Counted from the whole stretch's first letter, positions 13,579 through 26,826 are shown. The stretch is 57,406 bases of DNA, filler included, from Squatina squatina (GCA_031763465.1; 4 parts of 4 records of this genome joined end to end with filler, not necessarily neighbours in it), one strand, 5' to 3'. The notes: generated by a model not told the origin, from the letters alone. Translations and numbers: made by a program.

Positions 13579-13982
13579 GTAAAATTTGTAATATTTCCAT
13601 TTTCACAAAGAGATGAAATCTCAAAGTTCAGTGTGTCAAGAGCTGAGAAATATTAATGTTGACATTTCTCTGTTTATCTGGTAAAATGAAATTGAAAATT
13701 TTCAATTATGAAACAGAACTATGGCAACACACACCTAGCTTAAGGAGTTCTCGGTTTCCTATTAGATTTCTCATTTAGTTGCTGAGAAATGTAGGTTGCC
13801 CAGTCAGACAGACAACCCAAAAAATGTGGCCATTTTAGCAGGAATTTAACTCTAAGCCATTGGTTTTCCAACCAGCATCTGCAGGACGGGGAAGTGTGTA
13901 GGTCTGATCCTATGGGACATTTTGAAAAATTACAAATTTTCTTTCATCGAGAAATCTGTATAAACAGTGTGCCAGTGACCGA

Positions 13983-14068
13983 GTGACCAAGGAAACGGGG
14001 AACTACAGATCTGTTAACCTGACATCAGTAGCAGGGAAAATGCTAGAATCTATTATAAAGGATGTGAT
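13983..14068 (+). mobile_element. CR1 LINE RT fragment
   Basis: GNYRSVNLTSVAGKMLESIIKD. Confidence 0.75.
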
Positions 14069-16503
14069 NNNNNNNNNNNNNNNNNNNNNNNNNNNNNNNN
14101 NNNNNNNNNNNNNNNNNNNNNNNNNNNNNNNNNNNNNNNNNNNNNNNNNNNNNNNNNNNNNNNNNNNNACTTCTTTCAACAACTATCATTACCAAAAAAA
14201 ATAACAAATGGTCATTCCTCTCATATGGTTTTAGTGGAATCATTCTGTGTCAAAAATGTAAGTTGTACTGCTTACAAGACACCAGTGACTACATATTAAA
14301 GTAATTAATTGTTTGTGAAGTACTGTGGAATGTGATTGAGAGACACGATGAGGTGCTATATATAAATGCAAGTTCTTTACAATCCCCAATATCAACCAGG
14401 GTCACTGGGGGAGACATCAAATGGAGGTGAGATGTTTCTTTAGGGGAAGGAGGAAGACAGAGGGAGAGTCTGACACACAGATGCATTTCCATGGTATTTG
14501 TATTGGTAGATGCCAGGGGTAAGATCAATTTATTCACCCTCTAAGGAATGGTATATGTCAGAAAAAAATCTAAAAAGAATGAATATTATATAAGCAGGGT
14601 GTGGGAGATTAGAACCAATCGCACTACCAATCCTTATTACCAAATACATTTAAACAATTTTCTTTCTTTACTTGCATCCTTTTTGTTCTGCTCAGAGCTC
14701 ACCTCTGCTGGTATTCATTCCCTGCATACTGGTAGTTACAGCTCCCTGTCAACACACTCCAGCCCTCCATCCACTCTCACACCTAACTATGTTCCTTATT
14801 TTCAAGGTAAGATGCACGTGCTGAGTTTGTCGAGAAGTACCACTCTGTGCCTATCCAAAGAGATAGGGTCTATGCATGTTTGTATAGCAAACTTGATGTC
14901 AGTATATTTTGTCACGAATTAGTGCACACATATCTGGTAACAAATTTTGCATCATAATGCCCTTTTACCACACATAATTAGACAGTTATGTGGCAAACCA
15001 AAGTAGCGTTACAGAGCTGTTTTTCACTATTAGTGCTATGTACATTTAACCTTACAAAATCATATCATGTTTTTAAGTAAGTTTGAGTCATTACTGCAAC
15101 CCACTTTTAANNNNNNNNNNTATTTTTTCTTAATGCATTCAGGTAAATTTGATAAGGCTCCACTCTTTGACATGTGGCCTCATTCAGGCATCAGAGAATT
15201 AAGCACAGAAATCAGTCCACCAAGTTTGCAGCGCACCAGATTTTCCAAATTTACCCTATTGTTAATTGTTTCCAAATTAGCTGTAGGAAAGACCAGTTGA
15301 TACCTCTGCTGGTCATTATTTGCTTTGAAGAATCTGATTGATTTGTTCCAGACGTTTGTAACATGCTGGGCATGATTTTATAATTGCAGTGTGCAGCGGT
15401 GCTAATATATTGAGGTTTGCACTTTTTTCCACCACCAATGCAACATGGCATAAGTCTTTCATTACATAATGGTGAGATTAATACCAGCTGTAGCGACAAG
15501 TCATGTTCTGCATATAAATCAAAGGAAAATACAGGGAAGGGGGTGGAGGTAATAAAACGATAAAATCAAACTATTGCACAATTAACATAAGAACGCAGAT
15601 AAGACCATAAAGGAAAAGAGGAACAGGGCATTTTATAGATACAGGAGGTATTGTTGAGGATTTTAAAAGGCCCTAAATCCTGAGAAGGCTGTGATAATCA
15701 ATCCCAGAAGCACAGCAGGCTCCATTGGGAGCCAAAAGGAAAGAATGTACCTGGATCATTGAACTCTTTTCAAGCCTTTGTTCTGCCCTTGGAGCTACAC
15801 GTCACCACTCCAATTATTGGTCCTTCTATTAGGGTGGGTGTCATTAATGCATATTTACAGGTGCCTATATGTATATGCCTTTTCCCGTAAGAATTGGGAT
15901 GGTTTTTTTCATCGTAACTTCTGTGCCAGCAGAACAGGACTTCTGGAATTTAGGCCCAGTGGCCTTTATAAATGGTAAGGTACAACACCTGTAAAACTGC
16001 TCAGCACTTCAGATGCACCACTCACAAAGCATATGTGAACTATAATGGTGTAAACATGCAGCAGTAAGAAATTTATTAGCACTGCATCACAGGAAAGAAT
16101 GTTGCAAAAAATAGATTAAAACATGCCCATGAGTGCTCAGGTCTGTGAATGACAATGAATATAAGAGATGTTAATAACAGCACTACTAACACATTGGCTT
16201 AATTTAATATGGAAGTACTTGGCCTTGGGTCATCCTTCAAAAATCAGAAAATTAAATTGAAGTGTGCATCCATCATTTATGCTTTAAAAATTATGGAATA
16301 AATCTTAGTCCCTCAAGCAGGTTGAAATCTCACTTACCAAAACATAAATTTGTCATTAAGCAGTAATGCGATGAAGATGCAATGACTTTGCAGTCTTTTT
16401 CATTTTTTTCCGACTATTTACAGAATGCTATTGATGAGAACATAATAATTTGCCCTTGTATTAATAGCTGACATCAAGGCAGTCGTGATTGTCTTTGTGT
16501 GTC

Positions 16504-16603
16504 NNNNNNNNNNNNNNNNNNNNNNNNNNNNNNNNNNNNNNNNNNNNTTAATTAATTAANNNNNNNNNNNNNNNNNNNNNNNNNNNNNNNNNNNNNNNNN
16601 NNN
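16504..16603. other. Artificial scaffold linker N44-TTAATTAATTAA-N44
   Basis: Six-frame-stop 12-mer at 16548-16559 inside Ns. Confidence 0.95.
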
Positions 16604-17585
16604 CCCATATCCTCTCCCTACAAGATAATAGCTTTGTACTCTCGAAACTACATTTATCAATTTAATAATTTATAAAAAAGATGCAAGAAATGGGGTATCT
16701 GCTCATTCTGATTGTCACCATAAATCACACCTTATGTTTTATAATGCACAAAATGAGCACAAGTTTTCCTTCTCCTTAACAGTTTAGTTAAGCAGTGGGT
16801 TGGAGCACAGCTCCAGCAATTCTGCTTCAGGACTTGGACCACAAGGTATACCTTTTAAAAAAAAAAGACGGGCATGGACACACCAGATTGCCTAATTTGA
16901 GCACGGTTCTCCCGAGCAAATCAGGCCTGGTGTTAAAATGGCACAGGGCCTTTTTTGTGAGCTCAGACGTTTAACAAGTCTTAAGAATTGTGCTGAATCC
17001 AGCACAACTTCCAAAGCTGCCTGACCAACAACGGTGAATGGATGCAAGAGCCAAAAACAACCACTATGTCCACCTGCAACCATGTCTTCCGTTTCTCCTG
17101 CGAGATTGCTGGTAAATTGGCAGAGCATCACTTAAGACTACTCTCACATACAAAAGCAGCCTGCAGCAACAGCATTTTCAGACTTTAACAATTCGGGAGG
17201 AAATTTCAACACAAGCCAATGTTATGAAAACATGGTTTACATTTCTTTTAAACACTGAAAATCCCTACAGTGGAGATTGTATTCCAAACTTAATCCAAAA
17301 TTTGAGGGGTTTCAAGGAGGAAAATATTTTGTATTAAGTATCAATATTAATTCAATAGTTTTACTGTTTTAAAATGGGGTCCAAAATTAACGCCTACAGT
17401 TAACAAAAATTTGCACTTGATTTTAAAACATTGCATTAACTAAACTACCAATCAACTGTTTTAGCTCATGTGGAAAATTTATTTTCCCTCACTAGCAAAA
17501 TAATGCTAGTGACCAGAAAATGTTAATTTTGTACCCTTTAAAAAAAGGTGGCAAGGGAATAGAATCTCAAAGATTCTGTACTTAC

Positions 17586-18024
17586 TTCTCTGCCTCGACC
17601 TCTTCCTCCTTGTCCTCCCAGAATCGAAAGGGATCCGCCTCCATACTCGTTGCCAGCATAAGCAAGCATTCCCCTCCCCCGAGAGCCTACAGATGAAGGC
17701 TTCGAAAGGAGTGAAGAAAAGCTGCTGTAGGAAGAGTAACTTCCTCTTCCTGTTTCCGAATCAGCCCACACCCTAGGCATTGAGCTTGAATGTGTGTAGG
17801 TGTCATCCCAGTTAGACCTGCCATTATCATATAATCGGCTCTGGCTTCTACCTTCATAAGGGTCAAGGTATTGATCACCGAAATTCCTGTAGGAGCTCTC
17901 GGATCGATCAGGATAGCTATCCCCAAAGCGACTTCGTCCTGGTTCATGTAAATCGTAGCCAGATCTATACAGATCACGGCCATCCAGAGCAGACCTGGAG
18001 TCATGCGACTCATAAGGTCCAAAC
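17586..18024 (-). CDS. ZNF326: ZNF326 (DBIRD subunit, AKAP95 family) internal exon
   Basis: RFGPYESHDSRSALDGRDLYRSGY...YSSYSSFSS...VGSRGRG...GRGRGR; ttccAG acceptor, GTAAGT donor; LRRC8 neighbours as at human 1p22. Confidence 0.88.
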
Positions 18025-18874
18025 CTGGAAAAATTGCACAGTAAGGAAACCGGTAAAGTTACCAGTGAAATACAATAAAAACCAGAACAAAACACTGTTT
18101 ACCTGCTAAAAAGGGTTCAAATATTCATTCCCTTTTTCGTAGGTACATATTCTTGTTCACGTATGTATAAATTATATACAGCATTAGTTAAAATAGTTAA
18201 ATGTGCTATGAAAATAAGTTTTCAAACTCAACAAAAGGTAACATTTTTACCATACATGATTTAAGAAAAATGTTAACAATTAATACATGCCAATATAGGT
18301 TTAAGATTTACAACAGTTCTTTTATGTTGCATTTTTCCTGCATAGGTAGAAGTTCTTTTTGTATTGAAACTATTAGTCAATACACAATTACTGTAGTCAG
18401 AATTAAATGTAGACTACCTCATGGAAGTTGCTACTTTACTGTATTTTTTTTAAATAAATGAGCACGAAAACTTATTTGCAGTAATAAAGTTAAAGCATTT
18501 CACTAAAATGTTAAAACCTACCTAGAATATGAAAGCATATTCACAGTTAGCAACAATCATAAGCAGCTAACCTTTATAATTCTGTCTGAACTACTTATAC
18601 AAAGTTATGCAAAAAATTAATAAAATGTTATCTTTAAAAATCACATTTTTTGAACAAGTGTCCAGAAAGCATTTTTCTTTTTATGCAACAGTAGCAATGT
18701 TAACCCAATTAGTTTTCATATCCACAGCTATTTAGCATGGAGATTGCCGACAGTCTTGCCTCTGAATAGGGTTANNNNNNNNNNNNNNNNNNNNNNNNNN
18801 NNNNNNNNNNNNNNNNNNNNNNNNNNNNNNNNNNNNNNNNNNNNNNNNNNNNNNNNNNNNNNNNNNNNNNNNNN

Positions 18875-20004
18875 AATCAGATGCAGTAAAAATGCAAAAT
18901 CATTCTTCACATCCGGAATGTCATCAATCCCAGTTTCTTCTCTAACATATGCAAACGAGTATTCCTTAAGTTTAAAGTAGAAGATCCAGTACAATGTGTA
19001 GATGCAGGTTATACAATAAATGAAAATGACTACTACATACACGATGGACAACATCCTGAATAACCTCCAAAGACCATGGATGCAGAAAAATTCTGTGAAG
19101 CCTGTGATATGAATTTTATCTACACAGTGGACAATATGTTTCATTTGAGGAATCCGAGTTACAAAATAGGCTAGAACAAGAATTGTTTGAACAGAACGTA
19201 GAACAGTTTGCCTTATGTACATCCTATAAAGAATATGACCTTCTTCAGTGTGAAGACGAAACTTTTTGACTTTTTCAAACAATGCTTTTGCTTGTTCTCC
19301 CTCCTTTTTATCCAGGATTTTTACTGCAGCATGACCATAAACACCACCTCCAACAGTTTTAAAAGTCTTAGATGGAGGCTTGCACAATGATGCTTGTGCT
19401 TCAGTCTCACATAGTCTGTCATTTCTGGTTTCATTTTGTCCCAATAAAAAGGTGGTATCAGAAGATTGCTGTAGGTTTAAAGAGCAAGATACAGATGGTT
19501 CAGTTGATAAAACTGTTCGTTGTGGAATCTGCAGATCCGAATCCTCATAAACAGTTTCTGAAAGTGCCTTAGTAGTCCATTGAGAATCTAAACATTTTCC
19601 AAGGATTGATATAAAATGTTCAATTTTGGAACTTGTTCCTGGAAATTTGAACCAGAAGTTACTGCTTANNNNNNNNNNNNNNNNNNNNNNNNNNNNNNNN
19701 NNNNNNNNNNNNNNNNNNNNNNNNNNNNNNNNNNNNNNNNNNNNNNNNNNNNNNNNNNNNNNNNNNNNAAAAATATAAGTGTGTGAATGATAGCTATGTA
19801 CGGAAAATACTTTGAATACCACTGAATTGCATGGTCATAACAATATTGATCCATTAAATTGTACTGTTCGCGGTCCAAATCGGTCTTAAATCCAGAATCA
19901 AAACTATTTAGTTTACGACCTTTAAGAGCACTTTTGTTCCACTGCATGGTGGCCATCGAGAAGCCGTCTGGCACAGGGACACAGATTATCTTGTCTGTTG
20001 ATAT
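18875..20004 (-). CDS. Divergent LRRC8 paralog, coding exon 2 (EL1 to IL2; LRRs lost in gap)
   Basis: ISTDKIICVP...DLDREQYNLMDQYCYD...SSNFWFKFPGTSSKIEHFISILGKC...LDKKEGEQAKALFEKVKKFR...IPDVKNDFAFLLHLI; acceptor aaacAG; internal gap 19669-19768. Confidence 0.9.
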
Positions 20005-20558
20005 CTGTTTAAATACAACAGATAAAAAAAAATGCCATTTCATTTAACTCTGAACTAGTATTCAACAATTTTGCACATGCAGTTTTTTTTATTATGTTGC
20101 CAATACAATAAATGAACAAGAAAAGAAAATCGAAAACATGTGAGGCTGAACTTTATTCCAATATGCCTCTGGGTGTCCTTTTCTCTCTGTGTTTCAGGGC
20201 ATTATGAATGTTATCCTGTTTTTTTCTGATATGTGCTGCATTCTATGCTTGCTTGTTGATGTATTTTGCCTCAATTTAAACTATTTCAATGCAAATTGGT
20301 CACTTTTGACATAAATTGTGATTCAATTCCAACTATAGTAATTAGTTTGGCCCTGAAATTACATTGTGCAATACGAGTGGACAAGTGTTTAATGCATTCC
20401 TCTGAAATTCCTCTCTCCTATTCCTCTAATGATTTCTTTCATCACACAGTCACAGCAGATGTCTGGTGCTCTCTCTAGGCTGTCCATCTCAGGGGAAGAA
20501 TTCAATGCTGCTGCAGCAACTGCAGGGGTCAAGGCAGTTATTCGGTGTCTGTAACAAT

Positions 20559-21357
20559 GGGCCTGAAATTGCGATCGGAGGCTCCCTGGGAGACATTGCA
20601 AAAGCAGATTATGGGGCTGTACCTCGTAAGCCTGCATATCCAGCATTTGCGATCTGTCCAGAAACGTCTGGTAAAACCTAGAANNNNNNNNNNNNNNNNN
20701 NNNNNNNNNNNNNNNNNNNNNNNNNNNNNNNNNNNNNNNNNNNNNNNNNNNNNNNNNNNNNNNNNNNNNNNNNNNNNNNNNNNAATCAAGGGTTATGGGG
20801 AGAAGGCGGGGAGGTGGACTTGAGAAATGTCGGATCAGCCATGATCCAATTGAATGGCGGCGCGGGCTCAACGGGCCGAATGGCCTACTCCTGCTTCTAC
20901 TTCTTCTGGTCTTATCTGCTCAGTTATACCATCATAAGAAATATTTAAAAATTTTAATTCAAAAAAATTAATGGGACATTACTTTAAAATCATGTTTGTA
21001 TTATTTATCTCCTTTTTATTAAATTTTAATGTTAGAATAGTTTTTTAAATGTTTTGGGATGTGTTTGTGTTATTTTTCATCTTTTTTGAACTTATGACAG
21101 TTCTTGACAGATCGCTGAGAATTGTCAAAAGTTCAATGAAAGATACACCTACCTGATTGTCTGGGGCCTCTCATGTGACCTCTCCAGCCTCTTAGGTCGA
21201 CTTGCCCGGGAAACTAGGGAGCACCGCTCAGAATCTCCAACTCGGGGGCTGAAGATCGCAAACTCCCGTGGATCCAGGACCCTTGGGTAAGTACGTAGAG
21301 TAAATTGCAATCGGAGGCATCCGCACGCAGGAAGCCTCCGATCACAATTTCAGGGCC
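20559..21357. mobile_element. Non-autonomous DNA transposon (MITE, probably Harbinger-related) termini
   Basis: Inverted ends gggcctgaaattgcgatcggaggct / agcctccgatcacaatttcagggcc; a gap lies between, so these may be two copies; same family at 47420-47570. Confidence 0.6.
20784..20912 (+). repeat. CR1/HER1 LINE 3' end
   Basis: atcaagggttatggggagaaggcggg...gatcagccatgatc...gggccgaatggcctactcctgct. Confidence 0.7.
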
Positions 21358-21622
21358 GTTAACTTGGTTTCGATCTCCACAGACCTGCTGAGTATTTCCC
21401 ACATTTTCTGTTTTTATTTCAGATTTCCAGCACCTATTTAAAAAATATTTTTCTATTTAAAAAAAAAACTGTCACTTGCTGTGAAACAGCATTATATTGA
21501 AAGTCATTCTGATTGACTGAATATAACAATTAAAAAATTCTGGTTAGAATGGACACTTGGTAAACCAGATAAATCAGCAACACAGATCAGTCCATTGTGT
21601 GTGAATACAAACCATGTGTTAC

Positions 21623-21760
21623 CTGCAATGTCCCTCCAAAAACTGCTACCATAAGCATCAGAATAGTTAAATAATCTGTGAAAACATCCCACCATGGTTT
21701 TAGGATTTTAAATGTAGCTCGTTGGTCTCCAAAGTATTTCAGCTCAACCACTGAAAACAT
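21623..21760 (-). CDS. Divergent LRRC8 paralog, coding exon 1 (N-terminus + TM1; not in ORF track)
   Basis: [46 protein letters not shown]; acceptor 2 nt before ATG, donor CAG|GTAAC, phase 0 matches the exon at 20004. Confidence 0.9.
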
Positions 21761-24700
21761 ATCTAAAAAACAAAAAGAGATTACTATTTATATAAATCAC
21801 TGCCACCAGACATTTCATTACAAGTCTAATTATGTTATTTTCACCTTGTACAGATCATGTAAGGTCATGTTGTGAACACTGTGCTGCTTTGCGGACCTAC
21901 TTTNNNNNNNNNNNNNNNNNNNNNNNNNNNNNNNNNNNNNNNNNNNNNNNNNNNNNNNNNNNNNNNNNNNNNNNNNNNNNNNNNNNNNNNNNNNNNNNNN
22001 NNNTTCTCGTATGTACTGAAAACGTGAGGATATCTTTTCCCTGCTAGAAGAGATCTTTGACTGAGTGAATCATTTGGTATAATTTCAGGTCTCAAATTGG
22101 CAAGTCAGAGCCAAACATGACGTATATTGGAGGACAGCCAAGGTGCATCCCAGAGCAACCCCATTCACTTACACAGAAACCTGGGCGTCTGCAGATTGAT
22201 TCAGAGTTTGCCAAGCAGGGTGGACGGGGAAGTTGCCAGTAGTCATGTTTTCTCCCCCCCCTCTGGTTCACCCACAGATTGGTGTCAAGACGAGTATGAA
22301 GTGCGACGTCTATAAAACTGAACATAGACACTGAATGGGACATGCGTTGTGACGCATCCTCATTATTTATTGTCAGCAGATTTTCTGGGTACAATTATCT
22401 GCCAGGCTGAAGACATGGCAATAGGTACATTCGAATTATTTAGGTGAGTAGCACACGTGGAGGAGTGCCTTGTGCTGAAATTGGTCCCCTTGGCCCTTCC
22501 TTCTTTAAAAGCAGCTACCAAGCAAGTTAACAAAAAACAATTACTTTGAAGTAAGTTTGTTTTATTTAGAAAAAGCTGAAATTGGTGCTAGGAGCTAGAT
22601 ATTGGCACATTCTGTACGCTAAATTCACACAGTTTAGAGCCCAAAACTCAACTCTCTATAGAAATACAAACAGGTAATGTGGTGTGATACCACAGAGACA
22701 CAAAATGCGGGTTTATGCAAACTTCTGATCTTAACTGTGCTATTAAGGAGAGGAGCCAAGCTGCCTGGAGGGAGATAAAGTTAATTGGGTGCACAGGTGT
22801 GTGACACCAGAGGGACAAAGGAAGGGAATCAGAGGTGAGAGATCAGTGAGTGTGAGAGGCTGGTGTTCATGGACTGTGGGCACAAGGTTGGAGAGGGCTA
22901 ACATCCACATACAGCATTGGCCAAGCCACTTACTTTATGTACTTGAGGTGTAGAATGAAGCCTTTGATCTAGTGAGGCTCTTTGCCTCTGGCACTTTATA
23001 GCCACTGCTCTTTGGTAGAGGGAGAACGTTTAAACACGCAGCTTTGGCTCTGTTTCCTCCATCTTGTAAGGTGGCTGAGAGTCATGCAGGACTAGAGGCA
23101 GCCTTCTCAATGCACATTGTAAATCCAGGTTGCATCTTGCATTGATACTGGGGTGGGGTTAAGACCCTCTTGCCAGATTGAAGTACTTGAGTCTGGGTTG
23201 ACCAACATGAAAGAGACTTGAATTAGTAACAGCCAGCACTACGCTTGGGAGGAAGAAAATGCAGTGTTGGGTGCAGAATCCGCATGTGCCCCCCCTGCTG
23301 TGAGTGAAGTGTCTGGCCACAGATCTGCACCTCCCTCTCTGAGAGTCCGATTGTACAAGAGCAGTAGCTGCGTAGGGAATATGGAACACACAGCTTCTAA
23401 CAGATACTGTGAAACAACTGGCAGCAGAATATTGGGGAATGGCTGGAGTGATTGTGGGGAGTAAACTACTCTCCATCTGCTGCTGCAAGTGTCCAATCAC
23501 CATCTGCAGCCAGTGGGTGTGGAGACAGCCCTTTGATTTCCAGCTGGAGATTGAGAGCATCCCGGGCTCTTCAGTATCAAGGATTTTGATGTCTTGTACC
23601 TGATTGTTATTTTCTGGGGAGGGGAGAAGAACTCCTTTTGCACTTGCCAACCACATTGCTGCTGTAACGAGCTTTCTGTGGCGGGGTGGGTTGGGGAAGT
23701 GTGATCTGATTAGATCTCGGGCAAATAGTCCCATCTACAATTGTAGAAATGATTACTTTGCTGGATCATTTCACCTGAACAGGGAATTCTAAAAATGTAA
23801 CGTGTTTAACTGAAGAAGTCTGGTAAGGCGGTGCGTCAGGGATCTGATGGCCTATAGTTAAGCCTCTAAATAGGTCACATCAGTTGTCGGAGCAAATATT
23901 CATCTGTCCAGCTGGGATGAGTGCAAGTCGTCTTTGGCTTTTTAATTTTTATTATCACTTAAAGGGAAATATTCATCTGGCCGTGCAAGTGGAGTGAAAT
24001 CCAGCAGCCTGGTACAGCCAGTGTCTTACCACATAACCCAGAGGGGTATTGAGGGATTGAACCACAAGAGCTGCCCCCGAATGCATTCGCTCGGATGGCC
24101 CATGGGCTCCCATGGTACAGGCTCCAATAATTCGGACTGCACAGAGATGCAGTCAGTCCCACTGGGTCCTTTTGGATTTTCACTAAATCGGGCATGATTT
24201 CGGGGAATGATTGCCTGCCCAATCTGAATTGTTATCTGCAGACATTCTAATCACTTAACACACAGTACAGAATAACTGGAAACACACCTTCGTATTAAAG
24301 GGGAAATAATGTGAATTTGGGGGAGAGAACCTGTGTAAATCTGGGGTTTGTAACGTGTCTGCCTGTTGGGAACACGGCTAGAGATTTGCTTTGTAATTTT
24401 GTAATTTTTGCTGAAATTTCTGTTGAATTAACTAACTTCCTCCAGTGAGGGTTGAAAATTACTGCAGCCTAAAGCTGAATTTCCAGAGTTACCCCACGGA
24501 GCAACACCGAAGGGAATGAATCCTATTTGCTGTTCCCACTGGTGACTTTCCCCGTGCTTTAATGTGTCCCATAGAAACTGCTCTAGATAATGAGTAGAAT
24601 GCAATTTAAAATCAACAGCTTTGGGCATGACTGACTGGAGGTTAAATGGCTATAGTTAAACCAATTCCGAGAGTCTTCCCATTTGAAGCTTGAATGTAAA

Positions 24701-25478
24701 ATGGCAACCAGCACAGTTGTCAAACACAACCCGCAGTCACTGGCACAGCGTTGTAGGGCTGGCTCACTGCGGGACACGGGGGAACGCGGCAGGAGCGCAC
24801 TTGGGGGGAAATTTAAACGAGCCCGCCCGTCAGGAAACTGGCTGGATCGGGTTCAGCGCCTGTTTTACGCCCTGCCATTGGCCATTGAAGTTGGTGGAGA
24901 GCAGTATTGGGCGGACTGTAAACCGCAGTTCCACCCGATTCCTTGGGTTCCCCGCCCGGCCAGGTTAGGTTAAAATCACCCTCTTGGCTCAGGATTAGCG
25001 CACGACAAACTGTCACTCGGGGAGGTGTCGGATGGGCCTAAAAGGCGGTGAGCTGTTCCTTGACAGGAGCCAGCACATTCAGGAGAAGGGGACGCAGCCA
25101 GCGATTGCCACGATGTGCCAGAGACTGGTTTTGTATCAAGGCATAGATTCCTTGTGTGGATGAACCGGGATCACAGTTACCTCCCTACCCTATAACTTTG
25201 CAGAATCCTGCATTCCTCTGAACGGTGACTGTCAGTCCTNNNNNNNNNNNNNNNNNNNNNNNNNNNNNNNNNNNNNNNNNNNNNNNNNNNNNNNNNNNNN
25301 NNNNNNNNNNNNNNNNNNNNNNNNNNNNNNNNNNNNNNNAAAAACTAGCATCACCTTTATCTAGTTTTTAAAACAGTTGCCATGTTTAAGTACCTTGATC
25401 TAGTTTATACATTTTTTCCAGTTAACAAGCAAACAAACATTCAGTTCCAAAGCTGCTACATATGCTTTGCTCAATACT

Positions 25479-25890
25479 TTATATTCCTGCGCCAAAAGTT
25501 GAATTTGAGTTAAAGTCTTGATTAAAGAGGTCTTTAACATCAGGGGGCAGTGTGTCAAAGAGGTGATCTTCAACGACAAGCCCGCTTTTCTTCAGAAGGC
25601 GACAGTGGCCTAACTCTGCTGGGAGTCGGTCCAGGCAGTTCCCCTTCACCTCGAGCTGCGTGAGCTGCACAAGGTGACCAACCTTTTCTGAAATGGAAGT
25701 GATGCAGTTTTGCCCTACATTCAAAACCCTCAACTTTGTGCATTTAAAAACCTGCTTTGGCAAAATTTCCACTCTGTTTCCTGTAACTGCGAAATACTGT
25801 AAATTCTGGAGAGATGTGATTTCCGCTGGAATGATGACGATGGAATTGTGACTTACATCCAGGTATCTGAGCTTCTGTAAAGTGAAGAGA
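25479..25890 (-). CDS. LRRC8D: LRRC8D C-terminal LRR part
   Basis: LFTLQKLRYLDVSHN...KGNCLDRLPAELGHCRLLKKSGLVVEDHLFDTLP...GAGI stop. Confidence 0.9.
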
Positions 25891-26069
25891 NNNNNNNNNN
25901 NNNNNNNNNNNNNNNNNNNNNNNNNNNNNNNNNNNNNNNNNNNNNNNNNNNNNNNNNNNNNNNNNNNNNNNNNNNNNNNNNNNNNNNNNNACCTGCTGAG
26001 TTTTTCCAGCAATTTTTGTTTGTATTCTAGATTCCAGCATCCGCAGTATTTCGCTTTTGTATTACTTGC

Positions 26070-26392
26070 CTTTATATGTCACCTTTCACAACCTCAGGAC
26101 ATTCCAAAGTGCTTTCCAGCCAATTAAGTACTTTTTGAAGTGAAGGAACAGTTGTAACACAGCAGCCAATTTGTACACAGCAAGGTCCCACAAACAGCAA
26201 TGCAGTAATAACTGGCCCATCTGCCTTTGTTGTTGGTCGAGAGATAAAAAATTGGCCAGGACACCAGGGTGAACGCCCCTGCTCTTCGTCAAAATAGTGC
26301 CATGGGATCTCTTGCATCCATCTGAGAGGCCTTGGTTTAATGTCTCATCCAAAAGATGGCACCTCCAACAGTGCAGCGCTCCCTCAGTAATT
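26070..26392 (-). repeat. DeuSINE (SacSINE1/AmnSINE1-type Deu domain)
   Basis: Reverse strand reads ctgagggagcgctgcactgttggaggtgcc...gatcccatggcactattt...gaagagcagggg...ttgctgtttgtgggaccttgctgtg...cttcaaaaagtacttaattggctg; partial copies at ~14210-14380, 34310-34480, 43610-43780. Confidence 0.8.
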
Positions 26393-26826
26393 TCTCAGTA
26401 AATTTAGCCGTAATTTCTATGTGGCTCGGTGTCAAATTTTTGTCTTACAACACTCCTGCGAAGGAGCCTTAGGAAATTTTATTACATTAAAGGCGCTATA
26501 TAAATACAAGTTGTTGTTGTTGACCCTAGCTGAAGCTTATCAGAACATAAGCCTGTTCTGTCATTCAATTCATTAAGATCATGCCTGACCTGTACCTCAA
26601 CTCCATTTGCCTGCCTTTTTTCCATGTACCTTGATAGCCTTACCGAACAAAAATATATCAATCTCCGTCGTGAACTTTTCAGTTGACTCAATTGGAGTGC
26701 TACAATTGGTCTCTGTACCCGTGGGCTATAGCGGGGGAATATCAGCCAGGGTTCCAGCTCCTAATCACTGCTTAGCAACCTTGGTTGGAAAGTATATTTG
26801 TGTGTGCGATGGGCGAGAACAGGATC

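Noticed and set aside
16338-16410. Signal-peptide-like first exon before a GTAAGT donor on the minus strand
   Set aside because: The upstream ATG frame hits a stop; only a 6-codon frame reaches the donor
16548-16559. TTAATTAATTAA palindromes as biological sites
   Set aside because: Always centred in N44 blocks; synthetic linker
23159-23734. 191-aa ORF
   Set aside because: No domain, codon bias or splice signals; probably decayed repeat
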